Notes under the pieces: model-generated
Seen by the model: the letters and a program-made list of their open reading frames with translations, nothing else
Database searches by the model: none
What the model was told of the DNA's origin: nothing
Source: Novosphingobium pokkalii
Lineage (GTDB): Bacteria; Pseudomonadota; Alphaproteobacteria; Sphingomonadales; Sphingomonadaceae
Assembly (NCBI RefSeq): GCF_014652855.1
Contig: NZ_BMZP01000001.1
Span: 98,882-122,881 of the forward strand
Direction: 5' to 3'
DNA: 24,000 bases
In this document: positions 5,954 to 13,664 of the stretch, in pieces
How the letters are laid out: every line of letters starts with the position of its first letter
Position numbering within the stretch: position 1 is the first letter of the stretch
Translations under genes and position numbers: made by a program

Positions 5954-8227
5954 CTACAGGGTCTTGAGGCTTTTGCGCAGCGCCTCGACAAAGAACGCGA
6001 CTTCGCTTTCCGTCCAGGTGAGCGCAGGCCGCAGCTTGAATGCCGAACGGTGTGGGCCGGCCGTGCCCACCAGCACGCCGTTTTCGCGCATCGCCTCCAC
6101 CAGGCGCGCGGCCTGCGCGGTGGCCGGGGTGCGTGCGGCAGGATCACTGGTGAATTCCAGCCCGGTCAGCATGCCGCGCCCGCGCACATCACCGATCAGC
6201 GGAAAGGCCTGCGCCAGATCGCGCAACTGCGCGCGCAGCAGATCGCCGATGCGGTTGGCCCGCGTCAGCAGGTCCTCCCGCGCGATCACGTCGAGCACCG
6301 CCTGCCCGGCGGCACAGGCCACGCTGTTGCCGCCAAACGTGCTGAACACCTCGCACTGCGCGTAAAACGCCTGCCACAGCGCGCGGCGGGTGAGGACCAC
6401 GCCCAACGGATGGCCATTGCCCACCGGCTTGCCCAGGGTGATCAGGTCCACATGCTCCAGCCCTTGCACGGCAAAGCCCCAGAACTGCCCGAGCCGGCCA
6501 AGGCCCGCCTGCACTTCATCGGCAATCACCAGGGCTTCGCTCGCGCGGGCCGCCTTGGCCAGTCCTGCCATGTAGCCGGGCGGCTGGTCGGGCACGCCAT
6601 TGCTGGTCAGCGCCGTGTCCACCATCAGGAAGGCCGGGGCATGGCCGGCGCTGGCCAGGTGCGCCGTGGCTTCGGCCCAACTGGTCGCGGGATCGGGCGC
6701 GAACCCGCGATAGAGATCGGGGGCGGGCAGGCAGGCGACATGGGGCGGCGGCGCCTTGGTCAGCGGTGACAGTTCCACGGTGGCCGCCGTGATCCCGTGA
6801 TAGGCCCCTTCCATCACCACGGCGCCGTGCCGCCCGGTGGCAAAGCGGGCGATCTGCGCAGCCAGGTCGTTGGCCTCGCTGCCGGAATTGACGAAGGCGC
6901 AAACGTCGAACCCCGCCGGCGCCTGCGCCAGCAGGGCTTGCGCATAGGCGCCGGTACTGTCGGCCAGATAGCGCGTGTTGGCGTTGAGCGCGGCGGCCTG
7001 GCGGGCGATGGCGCGCACCACGGCGGGATGCGAATGGCCCACTTGCGGCACGTTGTTGTAGGCATCGAGATAGCGCGCGCCATCTGCCCCGATCAGCCAG
7101 GCCCCTTCGCCGCGCGTCAGGTGCAGCGGGCTCTGATAGAAATGCCAGACTTTGCCCATCGCTGCCTCGCGCTGGGCGATCAGTGCCGCCTGGGTCGCTG
7201 CCGGATCGGGCATGAGCGCTGGCACCGGAAAGCCGCAGGCACGGCGCAGCATGCGGGTCGCTTCCGTGCGCCCCACGGCCAGCAGCTTGCCCAGCATGGC
7301 GCCATGCTTGTGCCCGCCGCCCAGGTGCAGATCCGGCGCCGTGTCGGCCGGATCATGGCGCGCTGCCGCGACCAGCACGGTATTGACCAGGCGCAGGCAG
7401 CACAGATCGAACACCAGGTCGATTTCCGCCTCTTCCAGCGGGCACACCGCGTCAAAGCCTTGCGTCACGTCTGCCAGGATCGCCAGGGGATCGGCCTGCG
7501 CATCGGGAAAGCAATCGGCCGCCGTCGCCAGATCGGCCAGCAGCGGGCCGTGCAGCATGTCGCCAAAGTCGATCACGCCCACCACGCGCGTCGGCTCGGC
7601 GGGATCGACCAGCAAGTTGCCCATGTGTGCGTCCTGATGGACCACCTGGTGGCGGGTGCGCGCCAGGGCCGGATAGATGCGCGCGTCCGCCTCGGCCAGC
7701 ACCTGCGCGCATTGCGCGCGCAAGGCGTTGTCGGCAATGCGGGGCAGGGCAGGGGCCAGCGCCGTCACGCGGGCAAGATCCCAGTCGTGGCGATTGCTGC
7801 CCGCGTGCGGGTGGAAAAAGCCGCGCAGCGCCAGGCTCAGCCGCGCCACGAACCCGCCGATCGCCCGCCGCAGCCCGGCCGGATCGGCGCAGGCGGCAAA
7901 CACGTCCTGCGCGATGGCGCCATCCACATAGGTCAGGAGGCGCAGGATATGGTCCGTGCCGTCTTCGCCCCGGATCATGCTGCGCAATGCCCCGCCGCGT
8001 GTCTCCACCATGCGCGGCACGGGCAGCGCGGGATCGACCCGCGCGATATGGCCCAGCGCGCCGATCTGAAAATCCACCGTGCCCACTGCCTCGTCGCGGT
8101 GAGACAGTTTGACGATCACGCCGGGTCCATCGCCCGTGGTGAGATGCCAGGTCTGGTCCCGCTCCGATCGCAGCGGGCGCCAGTCGCCGCGCAGGCCCCA
8201 TTCCGCCAGCACCCGATCCTGCACCAT
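5954..8227 (-). CDS. Bifunctional fusion: N-terminal APH / hydroxylysine-kinase-like phosphotransferase plus C-terminal class-III PLP enzyme of the ETNPPL/PHYKPL (AGXT2L) type, 757 aa
   Basis: Kinase half (aa 1-~330): catalytic loop VVHQDAHMGNLLVD (H-x-D-x4-N) and VIDFGD. PLP half (aa ~345-757): NNVPQVGHSHP, NSGSEANDLA, AYHG, ADEVQAGLGRLG, TLGKPVGNGHP (Lys600 as Schiff-base candidate), FGGNSVACA, GPHR. GC3 becomes coding-like only downstream of ATG 8227. An alternative GTG at 8260 would add MTDGPPQFPLG. The rest of the 1283-aa ORF is antisense to the permease gene. Confidence 0.85.
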   Translation of the reverse strand: MVQDRVLAEWGLRGDWRPLRSERDQTWHLTTGDGPGVIVKLSHRDEAVGTVDFQIGALGHIARVDPALPVPRMVETRGGALRSMIRGEDGTDHILRLLTYVDGAIAQDVFAACADPAGLRRAIGGFVARLSLALRGFFHPHAGSNRHDWDLARVTALAPALPRIADNALRAQCAQVLAEADARIYPALARTRHQVVHQDAHMGNLLVDPAEPTRVVGVIDFGDMLHGPLLADLATAADCFPDAQADPLAILADVTQGFDAVCPLEEAEIDLVFDLCCLRLVNTVLVAAARHDPADTAPDLHLGGGHKHGAMLGKLLAVGRTEATRMLRRACGFPVPALMPDPAATQAALIAQREAAMGKVWHFYQSPLHLTRGEGAWLIGADGARYLDAYNNVPQVGHSHPAVVRAIARQAAALNANTRYLADSTGAYAQALLAQAPAGFDVCAFVNSGSEANDLAAQIARFATGRHGAVVMEGAYHGITAATVELSPLTKAPPPHVACLPAPDLYRGFAPDPATSWAEATAHLASAGHAPAFLMVDTALTSNGVPDQPPGYMAGLAKAARASEALVIADEVQAGLGRLGQFWGFAVQGLEHVDLITLGKPVGNGHPLGVVLTRRALWQAFYAQCEVFSTFGGNSVACAAGQAVLDVIAREDLLTRANRIGDLLRAQLRDLAQAFPLIGDVRGRGMLTGLEFTSDPAARTPATAQAARLVEAMRENGVLVGTAGPHRSAFKLRPALTWTESEVAFFVEALRKSLKTL

Positions 8228-8392
8228 GCCAAGGGGAAACTGTGGTGGCCCGTCCGTCACGCAATACCCCGCTGCTGCCTGTCGCTGCTGGGCATAGCGC
8301 CGCGCCAACTGAGATCGCAAGTGCAATGTGGTTGCGGGGCGCGGGCTGGGCGGCCATACCACTGCCCAACGTTTCCGGGGAATTCCTTGCAT

Positions 8393-9688
8393 ATGGCCAA
8401 CCCATCCTCTGCCAACCAGGCGCAGGCGCTCACCGACGGGCAGCGCCTGCGCGCGATCCTGGCCGGATCGGCCGGAAACCTGATCGAGTGGTACGATTTC
8501 TACATCTACGCCTTCACCTCGCTCTATTTTTCGGCGGAATTCTTCCCGGAAAGCGATGCGCTGGTGCAGGTCATGGCCACCAGCGGCATCTTTGCCGTGG
8601 GCTTCCTGCTGCGGCCCATCGGCGGCTGGTATTTCGGCCGCTTTGCCGATCGCCACGGGCGGCAACGGGCGATGGTCGTCTCGGTATTGATGATGGGGCT
8701 GGGCGCACTGCTGATCGCGGCGCTTCCCACTTATCGCCAGGTGGGCGTGGTGGCGCCGGCGCTGCTGCTGCTGGGCCGGATGATCCAGGGCTTTTCCACC
8801 GGCGGCCAATATGGCACCGCCGCCACCTATCTCAGCGAGATTGCCGGGCGCGGGCGGCGCGGGTTCTGGTCTTCGTTCCAGTATGTCACGCTGATCGGCG
8901 GGCAGTTGCTGGCCACGCTGGTGATCCTGGCGCTGCAACACGGCCTGGGCGAAGCGGCGATGAAGGCCTATGGCTGGCGCATCGGCTTTGTCCTCGGCGC
9001 AGGCGGGGCAGCGCTGATCCTGCTGCTCTCGCGGCACATGCACGAAACCGGGCAGGCGGCGCAGGGCCGGGCAGAGGCGGGCTCGCTGCGCGAACTGTTC
9101 GCCCACCACACGCGGCCGTTCCTGCTGGTCATGGCGCTCACGGCCGGGGGTAGCCTCTCGTTCTACACGTTCACCACCTACATGCAGAAGTACCTTGTGC
9201 TTACAGTGGGCATGACCAAACCCGATGCCACCCTGCTGATGACCGGCGTGCTGGTCGTGTTCATGCTGATCCAGCCAATGATGGGCGCCTTGTCCGATCG
9301 GATCGGGCGGCGCGCCAACATCCTGGTGTTCGCCGCGCTGTCGATGACGCTGACCGTGCCGATCTTCACGGCATTGGCCAGCGCGCCCGGCGTGTGGGCG
9401 GCAGCCGCCCTGGTGTTGGCGGGCCTGGTGATCAACAGTTTCTACACCTCGGTCAGCGGGCTGTTCAAGGCCGAGCTGTTCCCCGTCCATGTGCGCGCGC
9501 TGGGCGTCGGCCTGGCCTATGGCGTGGGCAATGCGCTGTTTGGCGGCACGGCCGAGAACGTCGCCCTGGCGTTCAAGCAGGCCGGCCACGAAAGCGGGTT
9601 CTATTGGTATGTCACCGCGCTTGCCGCCGTGTCGCTGGTCGCGGGTCTCATGCTGAAGGACACGCGGCGGGATGATCCGCTGGGGTGA
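8393..9688 (+). CDS. kgtP: MFS metabolite:H+ symporter, alpha-ketoglutarate permease (KgtP)-like, 431 aa
   Basis: Strong recalled similarity along the whole length to E. coli KgtP: NLIEWYDFYIYAFTSLYF, GFLLRPIGGWYFGRFADRHGR, GGQYGTAATYLSEIA, FQYVTLIGGQLLA, FYTFTTYMQKYLV, MLIQPMMGALSDRIGRR, KAELFPVHVRALGVG. The length also matches (KgtP 432 aa). The substrate is not proven. Confidence 0.85.
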   Translation: MANPSSANQAQALTDGQRLRAILAGSAGNLIEWYDFYIYAFTSLYFSAEFFPESDALVQVMATSGIFAVGFLLRPIGGWYFGRFADRHGRQRAMVVSVLMMGLGALLIAALPTYRQVGVVAPALLLLGRMIQGFSTGGQYGTAATYLSEIAGRGRRGFWSSFQYVTLIGGQLLATLVILALQHGLGEAAMKAYGWRIGFVLGAGGAALILLLSRHMHETGQAAQGRAEAGSLRELFAHHTRPFLLVMALTAGGSLSFYTFTTYMQKYLVLTVGMTKPDATLLMTGVLVVFMLIQPMMGALSDRIGRRANILVFAALSMTLTVPIFTALASAPGVWAAAALVLAGLVINSFYTSVSGLFKAELFPVHVRALGVGLAYGVGNALFGGTAENVALAFKQAGHESGFYWYVTALAAVSLVAGLMLKDTRRDDPLG

Positions 9689-10571
9689 GGCCCCGCGCCA
9701 TGGCAACCGGCAGTTCGGCGGCCAGCAAGGCGATGAAATCGGTGACCTTGCGCGGCACCAGGCGGCGGCGCGGGTGCATCGCCCAGACGGCTTCCTCGGT
9801 GGCACGAAAAGGGTTCAGCACCGGTTCCAGCCGCCCTTGCGCCAGGGCCTGCGCGGCATAGAAATCGGGCACCTGGCAGATGCCCAGGCCCGCCACCGCC
9901 GCTGCCGTCACTGCCGGCCCGTTGTTGCAGCGCCAGCGCCCCTGCGGCTGATAGGTCGTTTCCGCGCGGTTGCGCCGGAAATGCCAGACCTCGGCCGATC
10001 CCACCAGGCAATCGTGCGCATCCAGATCCTCGATCTCCTGCGGGCGCCCGCGCCGCGCGAGATATTCCGGGGCAGCGCAGGTCACCAGGTTGCGCCCGCC
10101 CAGCCGGTGCGCGGCGAGGCGCAGGTCTCCCTGCGGGCCTGTGCGGATCGCCACGTCGAACCCTTCGGCAACGATATCGACCACGCGATTGCTGAAATCC
10201 AGCGTCACGTCGAGCGAGGGGTTGGCCATGGCATGGCGCAGCGCCAGCGGCGCGATGAAGTATTCCCCCAGCGCCACGGGGCAGGTGATGCGCAACGATC
10301 CGCGCAGCCCGGTATCGCCGCTGGCCACGGCCAGCGCGGCGTCGCGCTCGTCGATGATCCGCCGTCCGCGCTCGGACAGTTCGCGCCCCGCCGCCGTCAG
10401 CGAGACCTGCCGCGTGGTGCGGTGGAGCAGCGTGGCCCCGGTGCGGTGCTCAAGCTGCGCGATAGCCCGGCTGACGTGCGAGGTGGAGCGGCGCAACTTG
10501 CGCGCCGCCGCCGCGAAAGTGCCGTTTTCGGCAATGGCGACAAGTTCTTCCAGACCGGTCCAGTCCGACAT
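9648..10571 (-). CDS. LysR-family transcriptional regulator, 307 aa
   Basis: ATG at 10571. N-terminal wHTH: LEELVAIAENGTFAAAARKLRRSTSHVSRAIAQLE. Typical LysR substrate-binding domain. Divergent from the formaldehyde dehydrogenase gene. Its 3' end overlaps the permease 3' end by 41 nt. Confidence 0.9.
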   Translation of the reverse strand: MSDWTGLEELVAIAENGTFAAAARKLRRSTSHVSRAIAQLEHRTGATLLHRTTRQVSLTAAGRELSERGRRIIDERDAALAVASGDTGLRGSLRITCPVALGEYFIAPLALRHAMANPSLDVTLDFSNRVVDIVAEGFDVAIRTGPQGDLRLAAHRLGGRNLVTCAAPEYLARRGRPQEIEDLDAHDCLVGSAEVWHFRRNRAETTYQPQGRWRCNNGPAVTAAAVAGLGICQVPDFYAAQALAQGRLEPVLNPFRATEEAVWAMHPRRRLVPRKVTDFIALLAAELPVAMARGLTPADHPAACPSA

Positions 10572-10585
10572 GGCATTATCCCGCA

Positions 10586-10625
10586 CAGGCAATAAACTTT
10601 TGCGCAAATGCGCTCTTTGTGCCTG
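10586..10625. promoter_or_regulatory. Nested dyad symmetries in the LysR/adhC divergent intergenic region (candidate LysR site)
   Basis: TTTGCGCAAA (10599-10608) is a perfect 10-bp palindrome. It overlaps GCGCA-AA-TGCGC (10602-10613). The flanks are CAGGCA (10586-10591) and TGCCTG (10620-10625). A strong SD AAGGAGG sits at 10656-10662 ahead of adhC. Confidence 0.4.
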
Positions 10626-10671
10626 CCATGCAATGATGTAGGCCAACGCGATCGATAAGGAGGACACCTTC

Positions 10672-11784
<1,113 letters not shown>

Positions 11785-11805
11785 TCATCCCATCGGATGG
11801 ACGGG

Positions 11806-11845
11806 AAAAGGGGCCGGTCCGGCAAGGACACGGCCCCTTTTTCTT
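11806..11845. terminator. Bidirectional intrinsic terminator between convergent adhC and Rieske-2
   Basis: GGGGCCG (11810-11816) pairs with CGGCCCC (11831-11837). An inner GTCC/GGAC extension is possible. An A-run (GAAAAG) lies 5' and TTTTTCTT lies 3', so it can act on both strands. Confidence 0.75.
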
Positions 11846-11850
11846 GGGCA

Positions 11851-12909
11851 TCAGGCAGCCAGTGCCTCGGCGCGGATCTGCGCCTCCAGCAGACGCCGCA
11901 CCTGTAGCGCGCCATTGTCCACCCGCGCGCTCACTTCGCGGGGCAGGGGCGCGTCGCCGCGCAGAACGGTCTCGATCGCGCTGATCGCGTCCACGTCCTC
12001 GGGCTGGATGCGCGTGCCCATGGCCAGGTTCATCGCGCCCAGCGCCGGGTTGTCGTGCCCGAAATCGCGCGCCGTCGCCACGAAGTAGTGCAGGCGGCCG
12101 GGCGCGGCAGGGGTGATCATGTGAATGAAGTTCTGCGTGCCCAGCGCTTTCCCGCTAGCATGGTCGCTGATCGTGCCGCCGGTGCGGATCAGGCACGGCC
12201 CCATGTATTGCGCGTCGAATTCCTGGTCCACCAGCGCGTCCTGATCGGGAAATTGCGCCTTGATCAAGGGATTGGGTGGAATGCCCACGGCCTTGCGCGC
12301 CACGGTCAGCCCACCGCTGCGCGCTTCCACCGTCACCGGTAGAGCCGCCACCTTTTCGCCCGAGGGAATGGTGGTCGCGTGGATGAAAGTCACATGGCTC
12401 AGGTCGAGCAGGTTTTCGATGAGCAGGGTATAGCGCGCTTCCACCGTGGCCACGGGGTGGATTTCCACTGTCCAGCCTGGCGCATCCAGCCCGATCGCCG
12501 CAAGGTCGGGCAGCAGGGCAGGATCGGCGGCGCTCTCCTCGCCGGTCCAGATCCACACCACGCCACCGCGCTCCACCACCGGATAGCGGCGCAGGGTGGC
12601 ATGCTGCGGCACGCCGTTCTGGCTCGGTACGCGCTGGCATGCGCCATCCGGCCCGAAAGTGAAGCCGTGATAGCCGCACTGCACACTGTCGCCCACCAGA
12701 CGCCCCTTTTCCAGGGGAAACGCCCGGTGCGGGCAAATGCCCGAGACGGCCACGGCCGTGCCGTCTTCCTTGCGGTAGAGCAGCACGCGCTCGCCCAGGA
12801 TGTCGCGCGCCACCAGGTTGCGGCTGACTTCCGTAGCGGTGGCTGCCGCCCACCACTGGCGGCGCGGATAGGGTTGCTCGGTGGTCAATGGATAGCTGGC
12901 ATGGGCCAT
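11851..12909 (-). CDS. Rieske [2Fe-2S] non-heme-iron oxygenase, VanA / phthalate-family, second copy, 352 aa
   Basis: Rieske motif CPHRAFPLEKG...CGYHGFTF. Iron motif NLLDLSHVTFIHA. Paralogous to the 2231-3340 gene (for example ERGGVVWIWTGEESAADPALLPD versus ERHGLLWIWMGEAEVADPALIPD). ATG at 12909 has GGGAGA about 8 nt upstream and is preferred over GTG at 12951. Confidence 0.85.
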   Translation of the reverse strand: MAHASYPLTTEQPYPRRQWWAAATATEVSRNLVARDILGERVLLYRKEDGTAVAVSGICPHRAFPLEKGRLVGDSVQCGYHGFTFGPDGACQRVPSQNGVPQHATLRRYPVVERGGVVWIWTGEESAADPALLPDLAAIGLDAPGWTVEIHPVATVEARYTLLIENLLDLSHVTFIHATTIPSGEKVAALPVTVEARSGGLTVARKAVGIPPNPLIKAQFPDQDALVDQEFDAQYMGPCLIRTGGTISDHASGKALGTQNFIHMITPAAPGRLHYFVATARDFGHDNPALGAMNLAMGTRIQPEDVDAISAIETVLRGDAPLPREVSARVDNGALQVRRLLEAQIRAEALAA

Positions 12910-12941
12910 GGCCCGATCTCCCGAAATTGTTCTGCGCCATG

Positions 12942-12979
12942 TTTGTCGCACGACAAAATCGAGTTTGTCAATTGACCAA
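12942..12979. promoter_or_regulatory. Two tandem palindromic operators (candidate TetR sites) in the Rieske-2/TetR divergent region
   Basis: Site 1: TTTGTCG-CA-CGACAAA (12942-12957), perfect 7-bp arms. Site 2: TTTGTCAA-TTGACCAA (12964-12979), one mismatch, with a perfect 10-bp core GTCAATTGAC. They share the half-site TTTGTC. Centres are 22 bp apart, about two helical turns. Confidence 0.6.
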
Positions 12980-12995
12980 GTCGGGTCCGCCGGGC

Positions 12996-13658
12996 ATGAC
13001 GCTTGGCATGACTGTCTCCACCACCAAATCGGCCAAGGCGCGCCGTCCGCAACGCTATGATGGTGCCGACAATCGCCGCGCCGTGCTCGATGCGGCGCTG
13101 ACGGTGTTTGCCGATCTGGGTTTCGAAGCGGCCAGCACCCGCGCCATCGCTGCTGCCGCCGGGCTGGAGCAAGGCCATCTCGCCTACTACTTTCCGTCCA
13201 AGGCCGCCCTCTGGCAACAAGTGGTGGAGGCCTTTGCCCGCGAAGGGGAAGACCTGCTGCGCGCGGCGCTGGAAGGGGACGACCTGTCTCGGCCTGAACA
13301 GACCGCGGCTCGCGTCCTGCCCGGCCTGCTGCGCGTGTTCGCCCGCAATCCGCGGCTCACGCGGCTGATGCTTCAGGAATTTTCCGTGCATTCGCCGCGC
13401 CACCAATGGGTGGTGGATACGTTCGGCGCCCCGGTGTGGCGCTTGCTGGAACCGCTGTTCGCGGCCTTGCGCGCGCACGGCCGCCTTTCGGGCGCGCCGC
13501 CGGCGGTGGCCTATTTCAACCTCGTCGGCGCGGCGCTGATCACCTTTGGCAATCGCGACCTGATCCTGCGCCTGGCCGGATGCGATACCGGCGAGGAAGC
13601 CACGGTCGACGCGGCCATTGCCTACATATTGGGGCCGGTGCTGGCACCGGCCCCCTGA
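12996..13658 (+). CDS. TetR/AcrR-family transcriptional regulator
   Basis: HTH region RRAVLDAALTVFADLGFEAASTRAIAAAAGLEQGHLAYYFPSKAALW. Start is ATG 12996 or 13008, neither with a clear SD. The ORF-track start at 12888 would overlap the Rieske-2 start region. Confidence 0.85.
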   Translation: MTLGMTVSTTKSAKARRPQRYDGADNRRAVLDAALTVFADLGFEAASTRAIAAAAGLEQGHLAYYFPSKAALWQQVVEAFAREGEDLLRAALEGDDLSRPEQTAARVLPGLLRVFARNPRLTRLMLQEFSVHSPRHQWVVDTFGAPVWRLLEPLFAALRAHGRLSGAPPAVAYFNLVGAALITFGNRDLILRLAGCDTGEEATVDAAIAYILGPVLAPAP

Positions 13659-13664
13659 TCCTGT

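Noticed and set aside
5183-6769. 528-aa plus-strand ORF. Similar long ORFs occur at 2192-3349(-), 3070-4164(-), 10576-11748(-), 13746-15110(+), 18320-19555(+), 19634-21562(+) and 21596-23560(+).
   Set aside because: All lie antisense to genes with strong family motifs. They are dominated by R/G/A/H/Q/P runs and have no recognisable motifs. These are the expected stop-codon-poor shadow frames of GC-rich DNA.
8390-8395. CATATG giving abutting divergent ATG starts, with the fusion gene starting at 8392 (MQGIPRK...)
   Set aside because: It would leave zero intergenic space for two promoters. The 55 extra codons have many A/T-ending codons and no similarity to kinase N-termini. ATG 8227 is preferred, with GTG 8260 as an alternative.
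6797-9688. 963-aa plus-strand ORF
   Set aside because: Only the last 431 codons (from ATG 8393) encode the MFS permease. The upstream 532 codons are the antisense shadow of the fusion gene, with typical GC-rich shadow composition.
5954-9805. 1283-aa ORF on the minus strand, which could be read as one giant multidomain protein
   Set aside because: Only the last 757 codons (from ATG 8227) look like real protein, namely the kinase plus PLP domains. The first ~526 codons are Arg/His/Gln/Gly-rich low-complexity sequence lying exactly antisense to the KgtP-like permease gene. GC3 in 8228-8392 is non-coding-like.
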